From Tubulanus polymorphus (Eukaryota > Animalia > Nemertea): a stretch of 64,000 nt of DNA. Each line of letters opens with the position of its first letter. Position 1 is the stretch's first letter. The DNA is taken from NCBI RefSeq assembly GCF_964204645.1, contig NC_134028.1, positions 7,874,001-7,938,000 on the forward strand. The letters run 5' to 3'. The notes below the pieces were generated by a model, which was not told where the DNA came from, searched no databases, and worked only from the letters and a program-made list of their open reading frames with translations. The position numbers and the translations under genes were made by a program. Of this stretch, positions 24,601 to 38,100 are shown in pieces.

Positions 24601-27600
24601 GATTTTCCTTCCCAAATGACGTGTATTGTACGAAATACATAAAGTTGTCATTTTTTTTTGTGTTCCTTATCAGACATTGCGTATTCTGGTATAGAGATGG
24701 ATAAATTGAGCTTCATACAGCTTATCGTGCGTAACTCAAAAGAACCGGTGGTAAAGAGAAAAAAAAATTGGAAGAATTCTTTTCAAAGATTGATGTATTA
24801 AGTGTTATATTTCTCGTGAGTGGTTTTGGTTTGTTTTTGATGAAATCAGAATTTTACCTTTTTATTTTGATAATTATGCAAATTTATACAAAGTTGAATA
24901 AACACCCGTATTCATATTAGCAAAAATTAATTCGAAATTAATTTCAAATTGAAACACATACAATATCTCTGTAAATGTTTGAGGCGTTGAGGTTTTGTCG
25001 TATCTCGTATATCGTTCCTCGCATCATTCTTCGTATCTTTCTCCGCATCTCTATATACCTCCCTGTAAGCTGCGGCTGCGGCTGGATCTTTCGGTGAAGC
25101 AAAAACACTGTGTTCATTTACACCAAATATTATCTCATAAATAGTTATTTCGGGGTTACCTAACGCAGACTAATGTAGAAACGTACCATACTACAATATT
25201 CTCTTTCATACTGTATTCGATTGAAGATAGTTGTTTGATTTGGGGGTTTTTATGGATACTACTATGAACCCAGAGTCTTCATACTATTAGTATGAAGAAT
25301 TTGTAGCTTAAAGCTGTATCTCAACTTATTTGTTTGTTCTTAGTCCAATGGTCAGTCTATGGCCCCTTCAACTCCTTGAAAATTCCGTTTAAGTATCTTT
25401 AAAATTTTTTGACCCTTGATCTCATTAACTGATTAGAAAATAACCTCATCTCCACATATGTTGAATGTTCTTTTCAAGCTGCTTAAATCCGAAGATCCGC
25501 ATCTGGTGTCATTACAATGTATTTTCTACATCTGTCGCCTTATAGGTTGAATATAGGATCACGGACGTATAAACGATGTATGCGCCGTAACCAATTCTAG
25601 ATTCGAAAATCATTTTTCATCTTTTAGCTACGTATCATCGCATAATCGTTACTCCAAGAAAATGTGTGTTCATTTTTTTAAGAACTACTAGAACCTACAC
25701 GTAGATGTCTTAATTCATCAGTTATTTCTGTGAGTGCTTATTCTTGAGTGGAGATATAAGTGCATTTCATATTGCGTTGGACGAGAATGTAGAGAAAACA
25801 TAGTATAAGCCGTTGGTATGCTTATATCCTCCGCTATGAAACCTGCTTAAAAATCAAATAAACTACACGCTATATTTGCGTGATGTAGGGAAAATGTTAA
25901 TTAACTATTTAGTCTGTAATCGTTTGGCATAAATAAATGTTTCGTTTTTTTTACCGTGATAATCTACGTATTTAGTTTGTTGGCTCCTGAAACTTACATC
26001 TTCTTGTATAGGTACGCCATTTCTTCTTGACATTTCGCCATTTCTTTGACTTTTTTGTACGTTTCATTTACGTACAAAACTATATACGCATCGGGTGAAC
26101 CCCGATGTTAAGTCGAGATGATACTGGAAATCTGTGCAAGATTGAATATACGAGAGAAATCCCACAATAATTCAACCAAAGATGTAGAGTTTTTGAGTAA
26201 CCGAGAATATACACATGTATTTTGAGCAGCGTTTCGGCTATTAGATTATTAGCCATCATCAAGCGTATTGATGTTATTTCTTTTTTGTCGAGTTCCATTT
26301 TATTTAGAGTAAAGAGGTAATCTGGTCGTTTTGATTTTTTTCTAGTTGCAATGCTGTGGTTTTAACAGTTATAAAGACTGGGAGTTGAATCCGTTTTTCT
26401 CGTGTGGTAATGTCGGAGTAACCGCATGCGGTGTGCCTAGATCCTGTTGTCATCCAGGTGCTGAGGTAAATCAAAATCTGTTTTTAAACATATCTGCTAT
26501 AGAATCATCAATCGAAAAAGGTTTCTCTGTTTATAATTCACAAACCACTCATCGCGTTGGATTTCGTTAACAAACTTATCTACAAACGTATCTACAAGTC
26601 GTATAACCAAGCGAGTGCAAAAATATAGTCATTAAACGAAATTCTTTAGAAAATGACAAGCTGAACAGTGCTGAACGGTGAATGATTTGGCGTCGTAAGT
26701 GCCCCTGAAAACCACAAGTTTGATGTTAAGCGCCCTTTTTTACCGTGATTTGACAGAGAAAGTGCCCTCCCCATAATTGTGAGTGCCCTTATACAATTCT
26801 GAAACCCCTCTAGATAGGGCCCTGGATCCACCCCTGCTTACACATTCACATCTATCATATTCAACATTTTCACAAAGATTTTCAGAAATTGATAAATTCT
26901 ATGCATTTTGAATGCAGTAGTATTTCAACGTGCTGCGACGACTCAGTGACATCAGCTGTTAATGGGAAAACAGCTGCACAAAATATACCATATACGTGTA
27001 TTAATTCTAATGTATTTACACTATAGTCTATGAAATACCTGACATACTTGGCATATTGTGTGATCTAGTAATTAAGCAAAATATTTTAAAAATATTAAAA
27101 TTTTAGATTAATAATTTTGATTTACTACGCATTCGTGCTTATTGTTTGGCGCGAGGCAGTGTTTATATTTTATCTCTGATAGCTGAAAAATCATGGATAA
27201 TATATCTAATTTGGTGGGGGTGCTGATTTAATTTCAGTGGAACTTCAGTGGGAGTTCGAACGGAGCGAGCGCAAAATGGGAAATTTTACTGCATTTTAAA
27301 CTGATTTCCTGCAATCTGGGACCATGCAGAAACCATAAGGGTGGTGGAACTCATAGATAGAATTTTTGTGGGTTGCAGGAGTGGGTTCATGTCCCAGTAA
27401 TAACACATTAGACATATCAGGGTGGAACTCTCGGAATTGTTTTCTTTTGGGGGGGATGCGGCTGCACCCCCTGCATCCTCACCCTGCGGGCCTGTGATTT
27501 CATAAATCATGTGTTATATAGCACATTATGCTCTGCTGGTTACCAGATTTGGTATTAAAAAACCATTTAGTAGTTTAAGTCATAAGTATACTATTATTGG

Positions 27601-28477
27601 GGCCGAGCTTATTTCTCGGTTCATCTTATAGAGGTTGGACGTGTAGCTTTAACTCTAATACGACAAATTCGTTCCACTCGGTCAATATCGAAATCAATTT
27701 GTTCATGTCTTTTGGTAGAAACGGCTCGGAGATGGATGCGGTTACCATACAAGATCGGTTAATATGACGGTAAGTGAACAAAACGCCAATAGGATGAAAC
27801 GGCTGCCTATAACGAATATCAAAAAAAGATTGTTTGGAATAACATTTGATAGATTATCCGCCAACCAAACACAACACATAATCGATATATATCTCGCAGT
27901 TTTTTAATCGATTTTTAGATTCACGAAGCCTCATCTCAGATAAACATTAATGGTTGTACGCCTACGTTTGTTTTATGGTTACGGCATCATTTGGATATCA
28001 TCGGTGGAATTGCTCTGGGATTTGCGATACCTCAGGTTCGTAGGGCTTCTATATATGGAAGTAGAATTCATTTCGAATTCATACATGTTATAAAGATCGT
28101 TATAAATATTCTTTAACTCGTTTAAGTTTCACAGAAAATGATTAAATATATTAAACTGCTACCTACAAAAGTTTCATACGCTTGTTAACTGTATTTCTAC
28201 AAGATGAGTTCGTTTTCCGATGAGCTTTCTTTCGGGCGCCCTTTTCATTATATGATATGTCCTACTTTGGGAGTACAGCCCTTCCTGAGTAAGACTAGAT
28301 CCGCCCTGCAAACGTAAAAGATACTCGAATCACGTCCTAAATTAACGAATAATTAAAATGCGGATTTTTTTTCAGGTTTTCGGTATTTTGCTCGTTGCCT
28401 GGTTGATTGTTCGCATCGCTGAAAGGAGAGTTATGTATAACTATAAACTACAAGTGGAACCTAATTCTAATTTATAA
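21604..28477 (+). CDS. Tetraspanin, TspanC8 subgroup (TSPAN15/33/5-like), ~300 aa
   Basis: Eight exons, all phase 0: 21604-21756, 22691-22876, 24152-24226, 24306-24404, 26346-26465, 27719-27769, 27919-28035, 28376-28477(TAA). Four TM segments; the large loop has QCCG, SC, CGVPRSCC, CGY and GC, i.e. eight Cys. AATAAA at ~29685. Confidence 0.92.
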
Positions 28478-29140
28478 CTGAATTGCCGAAATCAAAAACC
28501 AGCGAGAATCTGGTAGAGCTTTATTTGCCGCGGAATCTGTTTTCTGCAAACCGAGCCCGATTCAACTTGTGTGATAGTTTCCTGGGGCTTTGTTCCGTAT
28601 AGACAAGAACCTAGACAGGACCAGTCTTTTAGGACAGACAAGTTATTTTGACTCTTACCAACGATCTAAAAGACCAAGTGTGTGTTTGTAAGGTATAAAA
28701 TAAGATGCTTTCGTGGTAGCCAAATCAACCTTTAAATACATGGTATAACACATAGTTGACGCTAAAAGACGCCACTTTGTTTTATCATGGACGTGTGGTG
28801 TATAACACCTTGTTTGGATTCTGTAGGCACACGCAATAATGATCCGAGCAAACTGGGAATTATATTGATATATGTTAATATTACCGGCAATTCCGAATGC
28901 TTTGTTTGGTTATAGATGTAAAATCCGCCATAGGCCGATGAGGGTTTTTTGGATCCCGATAAGTTGTTTTTATTGAATATATTATATATATTTTAATTGT
29001 TACGTTCATTTGTATAAAGCAGGATTTAATACTTTTTTGCATGTTATCAGGTTTGTCCGCGGTACTTCGGTTGTGCGTATCTCTGCTTTCTGAACGTAAG
29101 ACAATAGTTTAGTCGACGCAGTAGTCAACAATAGTCGACG

Positions 29141-29477
29141 CAGTGGCTGATCCATGGGAGCACGAGTCCCATCCGTCCCAATTTTTTTCGTGCCCTTTTA
29201 ACGTTAATTTTTTTCAGGGCAATTTTCCCCAACCCGCAACAAATATTATACAGCAGTCGCTCCACAAGATTTTGGACATCGATTAAGGTCTCGATGTCAT
29301 AGACAGTGCCTGGAAATTGCATTAGAATGCACTGAAATTTCAAAAAAATTTTTTCCAGACCCCAATTTTGGCTTCGCACTTTCTTTGCCTAGATACTTGC
29401 CTTTTTCAGTAGGCATATGCCCTTTTCATTTTTTGGTACTCCTGTCGAAGCACGTTTGCCCCTGGATCCGCCCCTGT
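29141..29477. mobile_element. CAG...CTG-ended MITE-like repeat; related fragments at ~18025-18170, 23061-23368, 26690-26835, 27220-27495, 39275-39476
   Basis: cagtggctgatcca ... cctggatccgcccctg ends; internal gccc-rich motifs and tgcatt..aatgca recur in the other fragments. Confidence 0.55.
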
Positions 29478-30209
29478 GACGTAAGCCCACACGAATTTAT
29501 GTATATTTAGATTGGTTTATAACCTATCATCAATTAACCAATTAAACTGCGGTTTGCTGTATTTGAAAGCGCCAAGTCCCATTTTACATACGTAGAAATT
29601 AACAGCACCAGCTACTGGACAACGGGTATTCACATGTACGTATATTCATTGCGTTGTTGGTAAATTATTTGGTATTTGATACTAAATAAAATGTTAAGCT
29701 TGTTTTGTTACAAACCCATTTTTTCTTCGTTTCTTTTATTTTACTCAAGCGGTATTCAGGCTAGCCAATGGAATATCAGCCCTTGATGTTAAACTGTTCA
29801 ATGTAAACTGTTTCCCACGTATGCCTGTATTGCGTTGTATCTACTTAATTTTTGTCCATCCGAATATACACATCGAAGATCGATTCGTAAATACAGTTCA
29901 AACTCGGTAGTACGATTCGTCGAAACCTGTCTAGATTATAATGATTTCCAGCATATGTCCCGGCTCAGCTCGCAATGTTAAAAAGTTGCATATGTGGACT
30001 ACCCGACGCGCAAGACCGTGGTAGTAGGCCTACATTAGTTCACAGAAATTCCGCTATGGCACCGTACGGTGCTGCCACCTAGCGCACAGCGTTCCTCGGC
30101 ACGTGTTCATGTTATTGTTTACTTCTGACGTCATTGTCTTCTTTTGCTCATCTTGTTTTATAGCTATTTAAACTGTTTGTTTAGAGAAATATGAAGTAAA
30201 TAACGAATT

Positions 30210-32190
30210 GAATTGCAGAAAATATCACACTTTTATTTGTTCCTTGCATAATGGAAATTACACCATCACATACATCACAATGCAGAATCAGACATATCAA
30301 GCATATAGAAATCTATAATTAATAGAACGCTAGAGCCTACTATGCGTAGCGAAAATCTGGAGAAAACAACCAATCGTTAACAAAACATTAAAAAAATAAT
30401 CAGCTCTTTCATGTCTTATATCCCCAGGGAGTGGTGGGAAAGAACCTCCCAGCAGACATTCAAAGATGTTGTTCATTTGGGTTAAAGATGTTGTTCACTT
30501 GGTTTTAGACCCCTAAGGTTTTTCAATACAAATTGACAGCAAGTTAGGGTTATTGAATATTGTGTGGAGGAAATAGATCCAGCTTCACAAGTTCACAATA
30601 AACACTGACACATGCAATAAAATACAGTAACCTAGTCAGGGGCAAGGGGTCTTTTTAAAAGGCATCAATAATATAATCCAAACAATTCTTAGTGCCAATG
30701 TCATATAATACCGGTAATCTATACCGGTACTAAGTTAAGTAACATTATCAATGCATCATCATATAGGCCCTAGTTCAATAAGAAAATATTGTCATCGCAA
30801 TCAACAAATAATACATAAATACACTCGGATACATATCAATAATCTTAATAATGATAATAATAATAATGATAATAATAATGTATAGCAATCTCAATAAGCC
30901 TTAAGCATGGCTTTCACAATTTTATCGAAAAACAAATTATATCATAACTCAATATCAGTGGTGGGTGTATGGACCAAGAAGGGTTAAGTAGAAAAGGAAT
31001 TTTATCAACATTTTACACTTAAATGCCAAGACCTGAAAATCCAACAAAACAAAACATAATCGAAAATGTGCCACACAATGTCAAGACCCATCTTTGTAAA
31101 ACACGATAAGACAGTTTAGAAATTGCATATATTCATAATTTTTTTGATCGATTAACTTTTCCAGTACAATCAGCACAAATTGTTTTTATCTGAAAATTTC
31201 AGATTGCACATAATCAACAAGCGTAACATCGTGAATAGACAGCATAAAAATACAGTGTATGAATAACAGTTTTCTATAATATAATATTTCTCAGTAAAAA
31301 ATTATCACAATATCATTGTTCACTCTAGATTCGTTATAAATGAACGATCAGCTGCAACGATCGAATGTACATTTAGTACAGTCAGACTCACCTAAAACCC
31401 ATAGTTGGCACAATCATCATGACAACTACTTATCCAAACAACGATTCACGCCAGGTAAATTGAATTAGAGATGAATCTAAGAATTGGGACTCAAAAATAG
31501 AGACGAGGTTAGTTATGGGACAGCTTCAATCCCATGATGACTTAACAGAGTATGACTGTAGTTCATACCAGTTTCCGGTGTATCATCGAAATCATTTTTT
31601 CTCTTCGATCAATTCATAAAAAAATATCATTATGCAACAAGATTATATAGATAGAGGTTTATAGGTGGTCCAGCTGTTTTTCTGTTAAAGCAAATAATAT
31701 CATAGGCATCACCATCGTCGGGTTATTTCTCCAACTCAATTCATGCATTTATTGCGACAGCACGGGTTGTCGGTTAAAATTTCACTTGACCGATGAAATG
31801 TCGAAGATCCTGATCTCAAACTGAGTCAAATTCAACCGAGAATCTAGTAAATTCAATGTTCATGACGACGCTTGTTTTAGTTTACATGTCAAAGGATATT
31901 CAACTAACGCCTTCGATTTCCGGTGACACCTATATTCATGCGAGTATTCGTGTAAGCAGGACGGATATACTGGACGTATATATGAGTCGATACATAACAA
32001 TTACGGCCCAAGTTCCACAAATAGACATTTCTATGTCGACAAAAATCGACTTCAGTGAACTATGGAACCGAGCCCTGTAGGATAAATTCACAATAGATAA
32101 CAATTGATACATGAGGTTATATAAACAGTGTGTAATACTATGTAATAAGCACTGTGGTCCTATGATCAGGTATTTGAAACCTCTTCTTTA
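30210..32190 (-). other. Probable ABCA 3'UTR (~2 kb)
   Basis: Non-coding after the TGA; minus-strand AATAAA at 30232-30237 (another at ~31747). Confidence 0.5.
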
Positions 32191-35100
32191 TCACAGTCGG
32201 GTATCGAACACTGCCGGATGAGCGTCAACCTGTTTGTCGCCGATGATTTTCGGCTCTAAAGGATCGTCTTTCGACGCGTACGCTAAATTTGAAAACGACG
32301 ACGGCACAAACCGGCCGCTACCGCGATGTTCCTGCACGTGTATGTCGGAATCTTTCAGCGACGACCTGGCGTCGTCCGAGTCGGAGAACGAATCATCGCT
32401 CAGTAAACCGTCGCCTTGACTGCGTGAGAAGTTGAAAAATACCTGAAAATGAAATAATGATTGACGATAACCACGAATTCATGATCAGCAATTTCAAATG
32501 GTAGAGAAATGATTGTTTGAGTAAAGAAATCTTTTGAGTTGAAGATCATTTACAAAATTTTAGAGGAGATCAGTATTTTAAAGGTTGATACACATTTTGA
32601 CCACCTATACACGCTGAATCAAATCATTTCACAAGTGACTTCAGATAAACACATCTTTGGTTATTTTCACATTTTCTACTATAAAAAATTTACCTGATCC
32701 AAGGTTGTTTGACTGACGGAGTAGTCTTCAATTCCTTGTTTATCTTTTTCGCGTTCGATGTGTCCAAATATACTCGGCAACATTGATGTTGAATGCGGGA
32801 TGCTGAACTCCAAAAAGTTCAAATGTTGATCCTAAAATTGAGCAAACATTGCTAGATCAATCATTTTACAAATCGTTTCTCTAGCTATAAGAGGCGAAAT
32901 ATTTCAGCATGTTCATATATATAAAATCCACTAGGTTTAAATGTAAAGTAAATATAATGTTTTAATTTTACAATGTGGAAGAATATTTCAAGAATCTAAT
33001 CACAAACCTTCAAGATCGTTCCAGGGAATCTACCCTTGATAAAGGCTGCAACCAAAGCTGGAGAAGCGTCGGTGCTCAATCTCAACTGTAGAGTGTACCC
33101 TTCACCAAACCTACAATATCAAATGTACATATGAGAGAACCTTCGAGATAACAGAGCTGGCGTAACGCTTCTGTACCCCTCTTTGTTCGATGGTTGATAT
33201 TTAAAAAGGTCCAAGCCAAGATTGTCAATTCAACAAATTAAGATTTTAAGAATTATGTGGGCCTTGTAACTAGTAGCTCAAAAAGCTTTCCTCTGTTAAC
33301 CAAACCAGAGCTGAAATACAGAGGTATTCTATTTTAGAACATACATACTTGTTTCGAAGATGTTGGGGACTCCCGATACACTGGAAGTGACCGTTTACCA
33401 TTATCGCTAATTTTGAACACATAGCTTCACATTCATCCATCCTGCAATCAAAAATTGATTAATTGGCGAGAAGATTTCTTGAAATTAAGAGAATCAAGTA
33501 GAATCTGTAGAATATGTTTACCTATGTGATGATAAAATCACCGTGAGTCTGCTATTAACAATGTAATTTCGTACCAACTGTCGCATTTTGACATCCATAC
33601 CAGCAGTTGGTTCATCCTACATTAATATTTAAATATACAACCTTCAATCTAACAATCGCAGTAAGCCTATAAGTATCTATCATTTGAGATGAATGAAATT
33701 TACTCCGTTTATGAGGAATGTCTGAATGAGATCAAAATCGAGCAAATTTTATGGTATATCTTAGTGCAGCAACTACCCGGTAAGAACGGTTTTAAGATTG
33801 ACATCCACTTCGGGACCTAAGGTCTTTGTATCAGCATCGGTCTTCATCGAGGAACTGACCAATGACCATTAATGGATCATTTCACTTACGAGCATGATGA
33901 GAGTTGGTTTGCCGAGAAGAGCGACTGCAATTGACAAACGTCGTTTAGTTCCACCGCTGTACTGGCTTATAACCATATCTAAATAATCCTGCAGTTCTAA
34001 CACTTTCACAATATCATCAACGCTCTACAGAATAAAAAGATAGTGAGATTTAAGACAGTAAATATTTTGGTTAATCGAGTCCTTCCTAATCAGTGTGACA
34101 GATTCCAAATCTACCAACGCCTTCAATTTTCGACGAAAGATTGGTCAAACGTCTTAACTACTGATTACTGATTCCAAATAATACCTGCTTTAACTCCTTT
34201 GATTTGATACCCTTCAATGTTCCGTAGAAGTTTAGGATTTCAAGGCCAGTCATTTGTAGATCCAAGGCATCGAATTGAGGACAGTAACCAACGTTTTGTG
34301 CCATTGCACCCTTCTTGTACGTGACATCGTGCCCGGTGAAGAATATCTGACCAGCAGATGGCATTATCGCTCCAGTTATCATGCTGAATGTCGATGTTTT
34401 GCCTGCACCATTTACACCCAACAGTCCAAAACACTTAAAAACAAATTAATAAACATTACATTAATTTGAAAAGGTTCATTCACGAATCTTGTTAGTTATA
34501 GAGATATCTTCATTGAATTTTTCAAGCTTCTTCAAATTCCAACTCTACACCCATTACCGGTGCTAATATTTTGACCACCCATATATTTGGTTGATATCCC
34601 AAAATTTTTCCTTGGAAGTACAAGGAATTACACCGCCACTAGTAACCCAGTGAACAGCCATCAATGAAACACTGTTAATCTAGTTAATATTTCTGTTTAC
34701 ACAGCAAGGGATGCTATTGATGAACCAGTCGTGAGCACTGGTATCATCTATTGTGACCAAACAGCACAAGTTCACAAGGATTTGAATCCACCACCTATTG
34801 ACCAAAAACCTTCACAACCAATGCCATGAAATGGGAAGTAGTACCTCTTTCTCTGGAATTCCAACTGTAAGCTGATCGACAGCCAGTACCCGCTGGCGAC
34901 CGGAACGGTAAATCTTAGACAATTCATGAATCGAAATGACGTCGTTGTTGCTTTCTTTGCCGACAACGCGCTGTCTCTCCAAGCTGACGTCGTCGTCCTC
35001 CAAATCCGAGTTGGGTAATTTCTTCGGCATCGCGTGACAACACAAATAGTCACACTCGCATAACAGATTTATAACGAAGAAAACAAATCCCTCAACTGCC

Positions 35101-38100
35101 AGGGCGACGCAATGCCAGCCCATAACCTCCGCGGAGAATGGGCTGTTGTAGGTGTCTTGTCCAAATCGTTCGAATAGTGATGATATAACTTGGTTCCTTC
35201 CCAATTGAATTAAGGCCTCACATAGTGTATACGGTGGGAATGCATAGACTATATAGCCAACCACACCATACACTGCCTTTATAACCTGAAGATAAACAAC
35301 GAACATGAAAAAGTGAAAAATGAAATGTATTTCTATCGTCGAAGGTGTTTCTCAGAGGGAATGGCTATGTTATGAATCATTACCTCGCTGTTGGTGGAAA
35401 ACACTTCTAGGATGAAAACAGTAAACAGTAAAAGTACTCCGCCCATTAAATAAAACATGAACGTTGTCAGGTACGCGGTGGTGCCATCTTTATAACAGCG
35501 AGACAGCAAGTAAGTCAGCGGTAGAATTGCCCAGCTTAAGACATGAAAAAAAAAGACTTCATGAACTATCTGAGCAGGAATCATCAAAAAGATATTCCAA
35601 AATGCCATCTTTGAAATTAAAAACAATTTGTCATTTGTTTCGGTAAGAAAAACTCCAACCTTACCCGAATAGCATCAATATGGCTGCTGTTCCACCTAGG
35701 TTCTGTTTGGCTGCGAAGATATCGAGATTGAAAGCGCGCATGATAGCAATACTTAACGCAACCGGTATCGCAAATATTATCTGAAATGGAGAAATCCTTA
35801 AAGTCAATACATGTACTTCAAAGGTCAAGATGACGATTTATCAGAAGACAGAATAACAAACAAAAGAAAGATTTGGTACTACATGTATTGCATTTCCTGC
35901 CTGCAATATTTTTTCAGCTTCCCAAAAACATAATAATTTCGATATAAAATATCATGACATTGGCGGATATATCAAAAGCAGTCAGTACAATTACGTGACA
36001 AATCCTCAGCTCAAGCCCTGCTCAACACCCACCGTCAGCAAATTCCCTGTTGCACAAAATACTTACCAGATCCCAAAAGAATGTAGAGATCCAGTAAAGC
36101 ATAGGCGTCACACCGTAGAGCGTTTGTAGGTGTTTTTCACTAGTGATTCGTTCTTTAACGATGAAAACAGCCAGACTTGCCGGTATAAAACAGAACGCCA
36201 CGAGAATCATAACCGTAACACCGACCGATGCCGCTCGATTCTTCCTGTAAATTGTTCAGGACACACACATGAAAGTTAGGTACAAGTAGCGCTATGTAGT
36301 AACTGCGTGATATTGAGAATGTCCACGAGAGGTTCAGAAAGGACAAAGAAGGAAAGTGTAGAAACTATAAGAAATACAAGATCATTTATTTCATTGCAAC
36401 TGTAGTATTGACCCATAAGATAAACCAAGGACGACTATATATTCCGAAGAAGAGTCTGTTATCTGATTTGTTTCATTTACCAAATTCTGACTGCCTGAAT
36501 AGTCGCGACTTGTGATAAAGTTAAGATGAAATAAATTATAACAATGGATCGTGATCTAACTTGAATAAAGCAAACCCATAGTTGGTACTAGAGTTAGACA
36601 CTCTTCGTTTCACTTACAAGTTTTCTTGGCTCAGCTGTTCCTCGTTGAAGTAAAGTGGGTCATTCACTGTCAATATACCTAAGATAACCCATCATATCAA
36701 ATTCTCAGTCTATGTACCGGTATTCATAAGATTATGCAAGAAATAACATTTTTACAAGCTATGCGTCATCAATTTCTAGAATGTGTTGACTTTGAACCAT
36801 TTCTTTTTTTATTTCTGAAACAACTTACCATAGTCGTTGGGATTTTGAGTAACATTTAAGTTGGCACGAAGCATCGCGTTAGTGAAACCGTTGTAGAATC
36901 CGGGTAGAGCGTGAATTCCCCGATTATAGAACCATATAGTCGCCGTTTGGTCGTTTACAGCGGTGCTCTTAGGATTTCCAAATTCCCAGCCACCATATCT
37001 ATTCATTAAATGATGTCAATATCTTATATGCAGTAAGCTTACAATTTTGAGACAATTTATAGAAAATGTTCATCGACATTTACAGAGCTTAGTAGAATAT
37101 TCAAATGTTTACAAAAAAAACTTATAAATGGGGAGTATGAATTAAGAATTGAACTAACCTGTTGTAGATGAACTTCTGCCATGTCGTCAGAATCCAGTCA
37201 GTTATATTGCGTCCAGTCAAATCATAAACAGTCGTACTCGTTTTTGTTTTTACCCGAGGCACAGGCAAGCCCGATGCGCCGGCGGGACATTTCAGGCGAT
37301 CACTAGTACAATGACAGCTCGGTTTCTTGTTGTATTTGATGGCCATTACTTGATCGACAGCCGGCGTGTCGAATGTAGCGTTCGTATTCGACAGACATTG
37401 GTATTCTTGATACATCCATTCTTTCGTTCTGTTGAAGTTGTTCATGCAGGATACACTCGGTCCCGGATCACTGACCAATGCGTTGATCAGCTTACTATTC
37501 ATACTGACTGATGGGTTAGAATTCCTATAAGAAAAATTAATCAACCAATCCATCCATATAGAAAATTCATGGTATCTATAGCATAATATCTATAGCATAA
37601 TAATTAGATAGTACTAGAAGTAGAGACATTTTAGGCCGCCCATGACAATTCAACTTTCGAACGGGTGTCTAGTTCTTACATCGGAACGATTCAATATGAA
37701 ACAAAGTAGCTAAAAGCTTTGAGATGAATCAAACGACATACTTGACAAAAGCTGGTAGATTCGGTCCGTAGAGTTCAGGCAACATGCGTCTAGCGGGCAG
37801 CTTGCTTAAGTTGATATTGTACGTCGCAGTCCAAATGGCGAATGTCACGCAGATGAGTGGCATCAGAATATGCGATAGATAACCCCACATATATCGACGA
37901 TGGTGATGGAACCTTTTTCCCAGTAATGCTCCGAACTGTCGCATTTTCAACAGGCAACCGGTATCGTGTTCATTGGTCACTTTGTTCTGGATGTTTACTG
38001 TAGTTTCGATGTTCTTAGCGGTGGCTTCCTTTTCATCGACTAAAATACATCAAATTCCGGAATCTCATTAAACTCGTATTTCTTTTGGTACTATTTTTGG

